A DNA stretch of 64,000 nt from an uncultured Pseudomonadota bacterium. GTDB lineage: Bacteria > Pseudomonadota > Alphaproteobacteria > Acetobacterales > Acetobacteraceae. The notes beneath the pieces are model-generated. The model saw nothing but the letters and a program-made list of their open reading frames with translations, made no database searches and was not told the DNA's origin. The stretch's first letter is position 1. Each line of letters opens with the position of its first letter. Below are positions 17,053 through 27,648 of the stretch, in pieces. The translations under genes and the position numbers were made by a program. The stretch lies in NCBI GenBank assembly GCA_963830565.1, contig CAWHMO010000016.1, positions 26,763-90,762 of the forward strand, given 5' to 3'.

Positions 17053-20000
17053 ATGCGGCTGACCTCGCTCGCGCTGACGAACTACGGTGTCTTCCAGTCC
17101 GAGCGTATCGATCTCGATCCGGCACCGGGCTGCATCAACCTGCTGATCGCGCCGAACGGCGCCGGCAAGTCCATCCTGCGAAGCGCGTTCTGCGACCTGC
17201 TGTTCGGCGTCGGCGCCCAGACCCCGATGGGCTTCCGCTATGGCTATCGCGACATGCGCCTGCTGGCGCACGCCGAGACGCCAAACGGCGCGTTCGTGTT
17301 CGGCCGAAGGAAGGGCCAAGGCAACACGCTGATCGATGCGGATGGGCGGCGCATGGACCCGGCCGTGCTCGCTTCGTTGCTGGGCAGCGCCGACCGCGCA
17401 TTGCTGGAGCGGCTGTTCGCGCTGGATACCGAGAGGCTGCGCCTGGGCGGCCAGGCACTCCTTGCCTCGGACGGCGCGTTGGCCGAGGCGCTGGTGTCCG
17501 CTTCGGGCGGCGTACGCCAGGCGCGCGATATTCGGCTGACGCTGGAGACGGCCCGCGACAGCTTGGCACCCAAGCGGGCATCCCAGAGCCGCCCATTCTA
17601 CCAGGCGCTCGACCGCTTCCTCGGCGCCCGCAAGCGCATCGCCGCGACCATGCTGAAACCCGAGGTGCGGGAGAAGCAGGAGATCGAACTCAAGGCTCTG
17701 CAAAACGAACGTACCCACCAGGATCTGTTGCACAAGCGCGCCACGCGTCTCCTGTCGCGGCTCGACCGCGTGCGCCGGATCCGCGGCGTGCTGGCGAGCC
17801 TGGACCAGCACTCGGCATGGCTCGCCGCCCATCCTGACGCGCCGGCGCTGCCTACGGATGCGGGCGCGTGCCTGGACGGCGCCGAACGCAAGCTGCGTGA
17901 GGCCGAGCAGGCAGCCCAGCACGCAACCGCCACCCACGACGCCATCGCCGCCAAGATCACGTCGGTCGCGGTTGACGGTGCCCTGATCGATGCCGCGGCC
18001 GAGCTGGAGACGTTGGTGCGACGCGCCGGTGCGATGGAAAAGGCAGCGGCGGACCGCCCCGCCCGCCAAGCCGAGCACGACGCCGCCAGCGGCCGCATCG
18101 CCGGGATGCTGCGCCAGCTTGGGGCGCAGCCGACGGACCTCATCCCGTCGCTGCCCGCCATCGCCCGCGCGCGCCAGCTTCTATCGATTCACGACACGCT
18201 GCGCGGCGACCTTGACCGGCTGCCGCGCGACGCCGCCGCCAAGCAGACCGAACGCGACAAGGCAGCCGCCGAGCTTGCCGCGCTGGGGGCGCCGGCCGAG
18301 ACGCGCGGCCTGAAGCGTCTGGTGCGCGAGATCGGCTCCGATCCCGCAACCAGCGCTGCTCAGGCGGTGCGCACGGTGGCGCAGCGGCGAGCTGCGCTGG
18401 AGCAGGCCCTCCGGCGCGTGCCGGGCTGGATCGGCGGAGCGGAGGCGCTGGCCGATCTGAGCCCTCTTCCGCCGAGCGAGTATGAGCGTCTGGGCGCGCG
18501 GCGTGACGCGGCCGAGCAGACACGGGCACGGCTTGCGAGCGATCTCGCGTCCGCTCGCGCCGATGCGGAGGCCGCGCGCGCACGGCTGACGGCGCTTTCC
18601 GGCGACGTGCCGATCCCAGACGCCGCCCAGGTTGCGGCGGCCCGGAGGAGGCGTGACGGCGGCTGGGCGCTGATCTGCCGGCGGCTGTTCGAGGGTACAC
18701 CCGATCCCGCAGCGGAGCGCGCCTGGGCGGGCGACCTGCCGCTGCCCCTGGCCTACGAGCGCGCCGTGACCGCGGCCGACGATCTCGCCGATCGGCGCGG
18801 CAGCGAGGCGGAACGGGTCGAGCGCATGGCCGAGTCGCGGCGGCAGATCGCCGCCACGGAGGCGATCATCGAGGATTTATGTATCCGTCTGGCCGAAGCT
18901 GTCGACGCGTGCGCGCGGATAGAAGCAGCCTGGACCGCGGTGTGCTCCCCGCTCAACCTGCCCAGCGACGCGGGGCTGGGGGCGGTGCGCGATCTGATGG
19001 CGGGTCGAGAGCGCGTGCTCGACCTGCTGCGCGGTGTGGCCGAGGCCGAGGAGGTGAACGACACGCTCCTCGCACGCCATGCCGACTGGGCCGCGCATTT
19101 GGCGGCAGGCTTGAACGTGCCCGCGACCAACGAAGCGGCCGCGCTGCCCGGCCTGCTCGCGCGCGCCGAGGCCGCGATCGACACCGAGGAACGCGCAGAA
19201 AAGGCCCGTGCCAAGCTAGAGACGCGTCTGGCTGCGGCACGCGAGGAGGCCGAACGGCTCGCCCAGGCGCTGACCGAGGCGACCGACCGGCACGCGAGAT
19301 GGCAGGTCGAGTGGACCGACGCGCTCGCCGCGCTGGGCCGCCCTGGCGATGAGGACCCAGACATCACGCGGGCTCTGCTGGACGTGCTGGCTGATCTCGA
19401 CAAGGAGCAGCAGAACGCGACGCAACTTGCCGACCGGCTGCGGGACATGCAGCGGGATTTGGCGGCGTTCCGCGACGATGTGGCGGCCACGGCCCGGCGG
19501 CTGGTACCGGACATCGCCAACGCGGATGCGTTCGAGGTCGTCCATGCCTTGCGCCGGCGCCTGACCGAGCAGCAGAAGGCCGCGCAGCAGCGCGACACGC
19601 TGCTGGCACAGCTTGCCGACGCCGATCGCGGGCTCGTCAGGCTGAACGGCGATCTTGGCAGGCATCGCGCGGCCCTCGGCGCCACATTGGCCGAGCTCGG
19701 CGCCGAGACGATCGGGGTCGCACGAGAGCGCGTATTCCTGGCAGCCGAGCGCGTCCGCGCCGAGGCCGCCATGCATGAGGCTGAACAGAAACTGCGCGAC
19801 GAGGGCGATGGGCTCGACATCGCGACGCTGCGCGAGGAGGTCGCTTCCATCCCGCCCGATGACGTGCCCGCCGAGATCGAGGCGGCGAAGCGGGAGCGCG
19901 ATGCCGGGGTGGCCGCGCTGCAGGACATCGCCGCCCGCATCGCCACGAGCACGGCCGAGCTGGATCGCCAGGCCCGCGAAACCGGGGCCGGCATCGCCGC

Positions 20001-20541
20001 GGCGGAGCAGGAATCGGCGGCGGCGAGCCTCGGCCGCGTGCTCGACGAGGCGACCGTGCTGCACCTAGCCGCTTCGATGCTGGATACGGCGCTCGGGGCG
20101 GTGGAGGGCGCCGGGACCTCGGAGGTGCTGGACCGCATCGGCGCGTTGTTCCGCGCGGTCACCGCCGGCGCCTATGACGGTGTCGCCGCCGAGCCAACAG
20201 AGGACGGTTCGGCACGGCTCATCGCCCTCGAGCACGGCGTTCCCGACGAGCCGAAGCAGGTGATTCAGCTTTCGGAGGGAACTCGCGACCAATTGTTTCT
20301 GGCCCTGCGCATCGCGGCGATCGAGGATTATGCGAAGGCCGCTCCGCCCCTCCCCTTCATCGGCGATGATGTATTGCAGACCTTCGACGACGAGCGGGCG
20401 CTGGCGGCGATGTGCTCGCTGATCGAGCTGAGCCGTACCACCCAGGTGATCCTGCTCAGCCACCACCGCCACCTCCTGGATCTCGCCGCGCGCCTGCCGG
20501 AGGGCTGCGTGCGGGTGGGCGCGATCGCGCGCGCGGCCTAG
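17053..20541 (+). CDS. Rad50/SbcC-like AAA ATPase with long coiled coil (YhaN-like)
   Basis: N-terminal Walker A (LIAPNGAGKS), about 900 aa rich in A/E/R/L coiled coil, then a C-terminal signature/Walker B region (QLSEGTRDQLFLALRIA...PFIGDDVLQTFDDER). It lies 3 nt after the phosphoesterase gene. Confidence 0.85.
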   Translation: MRLTSLALTNYGVFQSERIDLDPAPGCINLLIAPNGAGKSILRSAFCDLLFGVGAQTPMGFRYGYRDMRLLAHAETPNGAFVFGRRKGQGNTLIDADGRRMDPAVLASLLGSADRALLERLFALDTERLRLGGQALLASDGALAEALVSASGGVRQARDIRLTLETARDSLAPKRASQSRPFYQALDRFLGARKRIAATMLKPEVREKQEIELKALQNERTHQDLLHKRATRLLSRLDRVRRIRGVLASLDQHSAWLAAHPDAPALPTDAGACLDGAERKLREAEQAAQHATATHDAIAAKITSVAVDGALIDAAAELETLVRRAGAMEKAAADRPARQAEHDAASGRIAGMLRQLGAQPTDLIPSLPAIARARQLLSIHDTLRGDLDRLPRDAAAKQTERDKAAAELAALGAPAETRGLKRLVREIGSDPATSAAQAVRTVAQRRAALEQALRRVPGWIGGAEALADLSPLPPSEYERLGARRDAAEQTRARLASDLASARADAEAARARLTALSGDVPIPDAAQVAAARRRRDGGWALICRRLFEGTPDPAAERAWAGDLPLPLAYERAVTAADDLADRRGSEAERVERMAESRRQIAATEAIIEDLCIRLAEAVDACARIEAAWTAVCSPLNLPSDAGLGAVRDLMAGRERVLDLLRGVAEAEEVNDTLLARHADWAAHLAAGLNVPATNEAAALPGLLARAEAAIDTEERAEKARAKLETRLAAAREEAERLAQALTEATDRHARWQVEWTDALAALGRPGDEDPDITRALLDVLADLDKEQQNATQLADRLRDMQRDLAAFRDDVAATARRLVPDIANADAFEVVHALRRRLTEQQKAAQQRDTLLAQLADADRGLVRLNGDLGRHRAALGATLAELGAETIGVARERVFLAAERVRAEAAMHEAEQKLRDEGDGLDIATLREEVASIPPDDVPAEIEAAKRERDAGVAALQDIAARIATSTAELDRQARETGAGIAAAEQESAAASLGRVLDEATVLHLAASMLDTALGAVEGAGTSEVLDRIGALFRAVTAGAYDGVAAEPTEDGSARLIALEHGVPDEPKQVIQLSEGTRDQLFLALRIAAIEDYAKAAPPLPFIGDDVLQTFDDERALAAMCSLIELSRTTQVILLSHHRHLLDLAARLPEGCVRVGAIARAA

Positions 20542-20792
20542 GCGCCGGCCGCCGCCCTTCCCTGCTTGCGCGCGATCAGCGAGGCCAGGTCGCTCACGTT
20601 CTTCAATGCCTCGATCTCGACGGTGCCGAACCTGATCCCGAACCGGACCTCGACCGCGACGATGAGATTGATGTGGTTGAAGGAGTCCCATTCCGGGATG
20701 TCCGCCGCGGTGGTCTCCGGGCGCAGGCTGATCACTTCGTCACCGAACAGATCGCGGAAGATCTCGTTCAAGCCGGCATAGATCTGGTCCAT
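20538..20792 (-). CDS. acyl carrier protein (stand-alone)
   Basis: 84 aa. DIPEWDSFNHINLIVAVEVRFGI contains the DS(F/L) phosphopantetheinylation motif and the helix II pattern. Its stop shares the palindrome CTAG with the yhaN-like stop. Confidence 0.75.
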   Translation of the reverse strand: MDQIYAGLNEIFRDLFGDEVISLRPETTAADIPEWDSFNHINLIVAVEVRFGIRFGTVEIEALKNVSDLASLIARKQGRAAAGA

Positions 20793-20855
20793 GACCGTCT
20801 ATTGCCATTTTTGGTCCGGACTTGTCACGAAATATCACCCCGGCGCTGTCTCGAT

Positions 20856-21731
20856 CTAGCGTGGAGATTGGACCCCGGTGCCAATCAACCGCCGTGCGCC
20901 GACGCTGACTACCAGGACGAAGGCAGTAATGATCAGCGCCCCGGCCCAGGCCAGCGCGTGCCAGTCGTCGTAGGGACTGAGCGCGAACTGGAAGATCACC
21001 ACCGGGATGTTTGCCATCGGGTGCGCCGGATTGGCGGTCCAGAACTGGTTGCTGAGCGCCGTGAACAGCAACGGCGCGGTTTCGCCGCTGATGCGGGCAA
21101 CCGCGAGCAGGATGCCGGTGGTGATGCCAGTGCGCGCGGCGGGCCAGATCACCAGCGTGATCATGCGCCAGCGCGGCGCGCCAAGGGCCAGCGCGGCCTC
21201 GCGGAGCGACATGGGCACCAGTCGCAGCGTCTCGTCGCTGGTCCGCACCACGACCGGCAGCAGGATCAGCGACAGCGCGACCGCGCCCGCCCAGCCGGAG
21301 AAATGCCCGGTTGGACGGACCACCACCTCGTAGACGAACAACCCGATCACGATCGACGGGGCCGAGAGCAGGATGTCGTTGATGAAACGGATCGTCTCCG
21401 CCAGCCATCTCAGCCGCGCGTATTCGGCAAGCCAGGTGCCGGCCATCACCCCCACCGGGGTGCCGATCACGGTGCCGATGACGACCATCAGAAGGCTTCC
21501 GAACAGCGCGTTCAGCAGGCCGCCGGTCGCACCCGGCGCCGGGGTCATCTCCGTGAACAGGCGCGGGCTGAGCGCCGCCGCGCCGTTGACGATCGTCGCC
21601 CCCAGGATCCAGAACAGCCAGAACACGCCGAACAGTGTCGCCACCGCCGACAGGAAGAGGGCGATCCGGCTGTAGATGGCACGCCGCCGCCGCAAGGCGC
21701 GGGAGGCCGTGCCACGCGACACCGACGCCAT
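20856..21731 (-). CDS. pstA: phosphate ABC transporter permease PstA
   Basis: Internal start [10 protein letters not shown]... at residue 108 of ORF 20856..22052. ATGA overlap with pstC, PstA-type EAA loop ([12 protein letters not shown]). Confidence 0.9.
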   Translation of the reverse strand: MASVSRGTASRALRRRRAIYSRIALFLSAVATLFGVFWLFWILGATIVNGAAALSPRLFTEMTPAPGATGGLLNALFGSLLMVVIGTVIGTPVGVMAGTWLAEYARLRWLAETIRFINDILLSAPSIVIGLFVYEVVVRPTGHFSGWAGAVALSLILLPVVVRTSDETLRLVPMSLREAALALGAPRWRMITLVIWPAARTGITTGILLAVARISGETAPLLFTALSNQFWTANPAHPMANIPVVIFQFALSPYDDWHALAWAGALIITAFVLVVSVGARRLIGTGVQSPR

Positions 21732-22699
21732 CAACGCCCGCCCTGCCGGGCCACGCGCATCAGCATCAGCTTGCCGAAGCACAGCACCACGAAGGTGATG
21801 ACGAAGAGCAGGAAGCCGAGCGCGATCAGCGAGGAGACGTAGAGCGGCGAGTCCGCCTCGGTGAACTCGTTGGCGATCGCCGCGGAGATACTGTTGCCCG
21901 GCATCAGCAGCGATGCGCTGAGGTCGTGCGCATTGCCCAGCACGAAGGTCACCGCCATCGTTTCGCCGAGCGCGCGGCCGAGGCCGAGGAAGATGCCGCC
22001 GATCACGGCGCCGCTGGTGTAGGGCAGCACGACCTTGCGCACCACCTCCCACCGTGTCGCGCCGACCGCGAACGCCGCCTCGCGGAGCTGTCCCGGCACC
22101 AGCGCGAACACGTCACGCATCACCGATGAGATGAACGGGATCACCATGATCCCCAGGATGATTCCCGCCGTCAGCATGCCGATGCCGAGCGGCGGGCCGC
22201 TGAACAGCACGCCGATGCCGGGGATCGGGCCCAGGGTATCGTTCAGCCAGGGCTCGACGTGGTCGGCCATGAACGGGACGAACACGAACAGGCCCCACAT
22301 GCCGAAGATGATCGAGGGCACGCCGGCCAGCAGCTCGATCGCGGCGGCGACCGGGCCGCGCATCCAGGCGGGCGCGACCTCGGTCAGGAAGACGGCAATG
22401 CCGAAGCTGACCGGCACCGCGATCAGCATGGCGATCAGGGAGGATACCAGGGTTCCGTATATCGCCACGCCGGCGGCGAACTGCTTGGCGACTGGATTCC
22501 AGACCGTGCCATAGATGAAGGGCAGGCCAAAGGCGCGGAACGCGGGCAGACCGCCTATGAACATCGAGGCCGCCGTGGCGGTGAGCACGGCCAGCACCAG
22601 AGTCGCCGCGCCTCCCGCCGCGAGGCGGAAGGCGATGTCCGGAGCAGCGGAGCGCCTCACGCGCGGGATGTCACGGGCTGTCGCTTGTGTGACCGACAC
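21731..22699 (-). CDS. pstC: phosphate ABC transporter permease PstC
   Basis: 322 aa. Carries PstC blocks (FGTVWNPV..., [13 protein letters not shown]). Confidence 0.9.
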   Translation of the reverse strand: MSVTQATARDIPRVRRSAAPDIAFRLAAGGAATLVLAVLTATAASMFIGGLPAFRAFGLPFIYGTVWNPVAKQFAAGVAIYGTLVSSLIAMLIAVPVSFGIAVFLTEVAPAWMRGPVAAAIELLAGVPSIIFGMWGLFVFVPFMADHVEPWLNDTLGPIPGIGVLFSGPPLGIGMLTAGIILGIMVIPFISSVMRDVFALVPGQLREAAFAVGATRWEVVRKVVLPYTSGAVIGGIFLGLGRALGETMAVTFVLGNAHDLSASLLMPGNSISAAIANEFTEADSPLYVSSLIALGFLLFVITFVVLCFGKLMLMRVARQGGR

Positions 22700-22719
22700 G
22701 ATGACCTCAACGCTGCGGG

Positions 22720-23745
22720 CTAGGGGTGAATATGCGAGCCGACATAGCTCTCGATCTGTGCCACCAGCGCGGGCGGCAGCGGCACGTAGTCAAGGCTCTC
22801 GGCCAGGTTCTGACCATGGTCCAGAGCCCACGCGAAGAAGTCGAGCGCCGTCTTGGAAGCCTGCGGGTTCTTCGGCTGGGTGCGCATCAGGACGAAGGTG
22901 CTTGCCGCGAGCGGATAGGCGTCCTTGCCGGGCGCGTTGGTCATCACGAGGTCGAAATCCTGAACCGACTTCCAGTCCGCGCTCGCGGCGGCGGCCTGAA
23001 AGGCGCCGGCGCTCGGCTGCGGATAGTTGCCCGCCGCGTTCTGAATCAGCGCGTACGTCATCTTGTTCTGGATGACGTAGGCGTATTCGATATAGCCGAT
23101 CGAGCCCTTGATGCGTTCGACGTAAGCGGCCACGCCCTCGTTCCCTTTGCCGCCCACGCCGGTCGGCCACGCAACGGCCGTGCCGATGCCGACCTTCTGC
23201 TTCCAGTCGGGGCTGATCTTGGACAGGAAATCGACGAAGTTGTACGTTGTACCGGAACCGTCCGAACGATGCACGACGTAGATCTGCTCATCGGGCAGTT
23301 TGACCCCCGGATTGAGCTTGGCGATTTCCGCATCGTTCCACCTCTTCATCTTGCCGAGATAGATATCGGCGAGCGCGGACCCGCTCAGCTTGAGCTCGCC
23401 CGCCTTCATGCCGGCCAGGTTCACGACCGGGATAATGCCGCCGATCACCACCGGGAACTGCGCCAGCCCTGCCGCCTGCAGGTCAGCGGGCGAGAGGGGC
23501 GCGTCGGTCGCCCCGAAGTCGACCGTCCCCGCCTTGATCTGTGCGATACCGCCGCCGGAGCCGATCGATTGGTAGTTTATCTGCACGCCTTTGGTCTTGG
23601 CGTACTCCGAGGACCACTTGGACAGCACGGGATAGACGAAGGTTGACCCCGCCCCGGTGATCTGCTGCTGCGCCCGTGCCGCGGGGGTGAGCAACGCCCC
23701 AAGCGCGATGGCAACCGCGGCAAGCCCGAGAACCCGTCGTCGCAT
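22720..23745 (-). CDS. pstS: phosphate ABC transporter substrate-binding protein PstS
   Basis: Signal peptide followed by ITGAGSTFVYPVLSKW...SIGSGGGI...GATDAPL, the PstS hallmarks. Confidence 0.92.
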   Translation of the reverse strand: MRRRVLGLAAVAIALGALLTPAARAQQQITGAGSTFVYPVLSKWSSEYAKTKGVQINYQSIGSGGGIAQIKAGTVDFGATDAPLSPADLQAAGLAQFPVVIGGIIPVVNLAGMKAGELKLSGSALADIYLGKMKRWNDAEIAKLNPGVKLPDEQIYVVHRSDGSGTTYNFVDFLSKISPDWKQKVGIGTAVAWPTGVGGKGNEGVAAYVERIKGSIGYIEYAYVIQNKMTYALIQNAAGNYPQPSAGAFQAAAASADWKSVQDFDLVMTNAPGKDAYPLAASTFVLMRTQPKNPQASKTALDFFAWALDHGQNLAESLDYVPLPPALVAQIESYVGSHIHP

Positions 23746-23815
23746 GTCGTCTCTCTCTCTTTCGTATCGTTCGCCGTGCGTGGCGGCACCCTATGGTGCG
23801 CGGCCAGCAAGGCCA

Positions 23816-23833
23816 GTGACATTTCGATGACGG
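23816..23833 (-). promoter_or_regulatory. candidate Pho box upstream of pstS
   Basis: The minus strand reads CCGTCAT-CGAA-ATGTCAC: two 7-nt CTGTCAT-like direct repeats with a 4-nt spacer, about 70-85 nt upstream of the pstS ATG. Confidence 0.45.
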
Positions 23834-23862
23834 GGCGCACACTGAGGCGGAGGGAGGAGCTC

Positions 23863-24666
23863 ATGACCGAGAAGCTGCCCCAGTACGAGCTGTTCGCGAT
23901 CCGCTACGCCACCCGCGAGGCGCGGCGGGCCGACAATTTCATCGGCGGTGATCCCCATGACGCGCCGATGCCGATGGACTATTTCGTCTGGCTCGCGGTC
24001 AGCCTCGGGCGTGGCGTGGTGATCGACGCCGGCTTCACGGAAGAGACGGCCCGGCGGCGCAAGCGCACCTTCCTGCGCTGTCCGATCAGCGCGCTGTCCC
24101 TGCTCGGTGTCGATGCCGCCGGGGTCGAGGATGTCGTGCTGACCCATCTGCACTACGACCATGTCGGCAACTTCCATCGCTTTCCGCACGCGCGCTTCCA
24201 CCTCCAGGAGCCGGAGCTGCACTACGCGGTCGGCCGCTACATGCGTTACCAGCGTCTCGCCCACTCCTTCGAGCTGGAGGACGTGGTCGGCATCGTGCGG
24301 CTGAATTACGCACGCCGGGTCTGGCTGCATAACGGCCGGCACGACCTCGCGCCGGGGATCGAGCTGCACCCGGCACCGGGCCACTCGGCGGGGCTTCAGT
24401 TCGTACGGGTCCACACCAGTCGCGGCTGGGTCGTCATCGCCTCCGACGTGACCCATTACTACGAGAACATGGAGACCGAGCGGCCGTTCACCACGGCGTT
24501 CCACATCGGTCAGATGCTGGAAGGCTACGGCCTGCTGCGAGCCGCCGCCCCCAGCCCCGCCCACATCATTCCCGGCCACGACCCGCTGGTCATGCACCGT
24601 TACCCGCCCCCCCGGCCGGAGTTGGAGGGAATCGCGGTGAGGCTGGATGTCGCGCCCGCCGGCTGA
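23863..24666 (+). CDS. MBL-fold metallo-hydrolase, N-acyl homoserine lactonase family
   Basis: ATG 23863 follows GGAGGAG. HLHYDHVG (HxHxDH), later PGHS, and an AHL-lactonase-family N-terminus (YELFAIRYATRE). Confidence 0.8.
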   Translation: MTEKLPQYELFAIRYATREARRADNFIGGDPHDAPMPMDYFVWLAVSLGRGVVIDAGFTEETARRRKRTFLRCPISALSLLGVDAAGVEDVVLTHLHYDHVGNFHRFPHARFHLQEPELHYAVGRYMRYQRLAHSFELEDVVGIVRLNYARRVWLHNGRHDLAPGIELHPAPGHSAGLQFVRVHTSRGWVVIASDVTHYYENMETERPFTTAFHIGQMLEGYGLLRAAAPSPAHIIPGHDPLVMHRYPPPRPELEGIAVRLDVAPAG

Positions 24667-24694
24667 GGCCGGCGAGGCGCTCTACCCGACAGCG

Positions 24695-25417
24695 TCAGTC
24701 CATGCGCTGCCCGCCATTGATCGACAGCGTGCTGCCGGTGATGAAGTCCGCATCATCGGCAGTCAGGAACGCGACGCCGCGGGCGATATCCTCCGCATGG
24801 CCGAGGCGGCCGACGGGGATGCGGGCCACAATCTTCTGCAGCACGTCGGCCGGCACCGCGCGCACCATGTCGGTATCGACGTAGCCCGGCGCGATGGCGT
24901 TCACGGTGATGCCGAAGCGCGCGCCCTCCTGCGCTAGCGCCTTGGTGAAGCCGTGAATGCCGGATTTCGCGGCGGCGTAGTTGACCTGCCCGTACTGGCC
25001 GGCTTGGCCGTTGATGCTGCCGACGTTCACGATTCTGCCGAATTTCTTCTCGCGCATCCCGTCCCAGGTCAGCTTGCAGAGATTGAAGCAGGAGCCGAGA
25101 TTGGTATCGACCACCTGGTCCCACATCTCGCGGCTCATGCGCGCGAGCGTGGTATCGCGGGTGATGCCGGCGTTGTTGACCAGGATCTCGATCGGTCCCA
25201 CCTCGGCGGCGATCTGCCGCACCGCTTCCTGGCACTGGGCGAGGTCGCTGACATCGAAGCGCATCACCTTCAGGCCAGTCTCGGCGGCGAAGGCTTTCGC
25301 TGCCTCGTCGTTCCCGGCGTAGCTCGCGACGACGGTGCGGCCTTGGGCTTTAAGGGTCTTGCTGATCGATGCGCCGATTCCGCGCGTGCCCCCGGTAACA
25401 AGCGCCACTCGTGCCAT
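24695..25417 (-). CDS. phaB: acetoacetyl-CoA reductase
   Basis: 240 aa. VALVTGGTRGIG, NNAGITRD, SINGQ.GQ.GQVNYAAAKSG and FITGSTLSINGG give a near-canonical PhaB/PhbB pattern. Confidence 0.9.
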   Translation of the reverse strand: MARVALVTGGTRGIGASISKTLKAQGRTVVASYAGNDEAAKAFAAETGLKVMRFDVSDLAQCQEAVRQIAAEVGPIEILVNNAGITRDTTLARMSREMWDQVVDTNLGSCFNLCKLTWDGMREKKFGRIVNVGSINGQAGQYGQVNYAAAKSGIHGFTKALAQEGARFGITVNAIAPGYVDTDMVRAVPADVLQKIVARIPVGRLGHAEDIARGVAFLTADDADFITGSTLSINGGQRMD

Positions 25418-25536
25418 GGTCGTTCTCCCCCGTTGGATTTCCGCTACGGGAACGCTAGCACCCTTGGTTCGGGTACGGGAGCCGGGTTGTGACTGGCTCG
25501 CGAGGATGGCACCTTGCTTGATGAGGGGGAATTGGT

Positions 25537-26244
25537 ATGGCGGTCAACAAGGTCCATTCGAACGCGGGCGACGCGCTCTCTGGCGTGCTGCGGGATAATA
25601 TCACAATTTTGTCAGGAGGCTTCGGCCTGTGCGGCATTCCCGCCGCGCTGGTCGAAGCAATCCGCGAAAGCGGCGTCAGCGGCCTTACCGTCGTTTCGAA
25701 CAACGCGGGAATTGACGACGTGGGCCTGGGCGTGCTGCTGCGCACGCGCCAGATCCGCAAGATGATCAGCTCCTATGTCGGCGAGAACGCCACTTTCGCC
25801 CAGCAATACCTGGCGGGCGAGCTGGAGATCGAGTTCAACCCGCAAGGCACCCTGGCGGAACGCATCCGCGCTGGCGGCGCGGGCATACCCGGTTTCTATA
25901 CCGCGACCGGAGTCGGCACGCAGATCGCCGAGGGCAAGGAGACCAAGGTCTTCGATGGCCGAACCTACATCCTGGAGCGCGGGCTGCGCGGCGACCTCGC
26001 CGTGATTCACGCCTGGAAGGCCGATCCCGAAGGCAACCTGATTTATCGAAAGACGGCGCAGAACTTCAACCCGATCATGGCGACCGCCGCCGCGGTCACG
26101 GTCGTCGAGGTGGAGGAGCTGGTGCCGGCCGGGGCGCTCGATCCCGACTGCATCGTCACTCCGGGCATCTTCGTCGATCGAATCGTGAAGCTGGAGCGCG
26201 TCGAGAAGCGGATCGAGCAGCGCACCGTCCGCAAGCGGAGCTGA
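25537..26244 (+). CDS. scoA: 3-oxoacid CoA-transferase subunit A
   Basis: GGFGLCGIP, SNNAG, EFNPQGTLAERIRAGGAGIPGFYT. Confidence 0.92.
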   Translation: MAVNKVHSNAGDALSGVLRDNITILSGGFGLCGIPAALVEAIRESGVSGLTVVSNNAGIDDVGLGVLLRTRQIRKMISSYVGENATFAQQYLAGELEIEFNPQGTLAERIRAGGAGIPGFYTATGVGTQIAEGKETKVFDGRTYILERGLRGDLAVIHAWKADPEGNLIYRKTAQNFNPIMATAAAVTVVEVEELVPAGALDPDCIVTPGIFVDRIVKLERVEKRIEQRTVRKRS

Positions 26245-26256
26245 GGGGAGCACATC

Positions 26257-26907
<651 letters not shown>

Positions 26908-27648
26908 AGAAGCTCAGCGGCGGGCCAGGGCGGGCCGGCACCGGGTCGAGCGCGCTGCCCCACAGGCGGTCTCCGGCGCGGGCGAGCAGCAGCACGTCGG
27001 ACTTGAGCCACGTGTAGATCCGCGTGCGCGCCTCCGGCGCCAGCGGCCCGCCCAGGGCGATGATGCAGCGCAGCCGCGACAGGTCGGGCCGCCGACCGGC
27101 GCGCTGGAAGGCCGCGTCCGGCAGCGCCGTCGCGTCCGCGACCAGGATCGTCGCCCGCTCTTCGGCCGCTATCGCCAGGAGCGCCGGGGGAGATGGTGGC
27201 GGCGCGAGAACGAGTTCGCTACCTTGCCGCAATGCCAGCAGCCAGGGCCAGGGCGGGCCGGCGGCGACGAGCACGCGGTCATCCGGGCGCAAATCGGCGT
27301 GCAGCAGCACCTCGGCGGCAGGGCGGATCAGGCGCGCGCGGGGCCATACACGCCGCACCATCGCCGCCGCTTCGGGAAAATCGGCGGCATCTTCGCGCCT
27401 TCCGTCGGCGCGGCGCAGCACCAGCGCCGGTGATGTCTCGGGAGCCAACAGCGGCGCGGGTGCGGCGGGTAGCCCGGCAAAGCCGGCCAGCGCGTCGCTG
27501 AACCCGACGGGATCGGCGGCCGACCAGGCGATCAGCTCCTCCCAGCCGCCGTAGTCGCCACGCTCCGTCGCGCGCAACCAGTGCAGGAAGGCCCAAACGT
27601 TGCTGGTGGCGACCTGCTCGGGGTGGGGAACATGCAGCGTGCCGGCGC

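Noticed and set aside
15676-18078. 800-aa minus-strand ORF
   Set aside because: It is antisense to the well-supported yhaO/yhaN-like genes. Its composition is dominated by R/A/G/Q/H, as expected for stop-free antisense frames in high-G+C DNA. It has no motifs.
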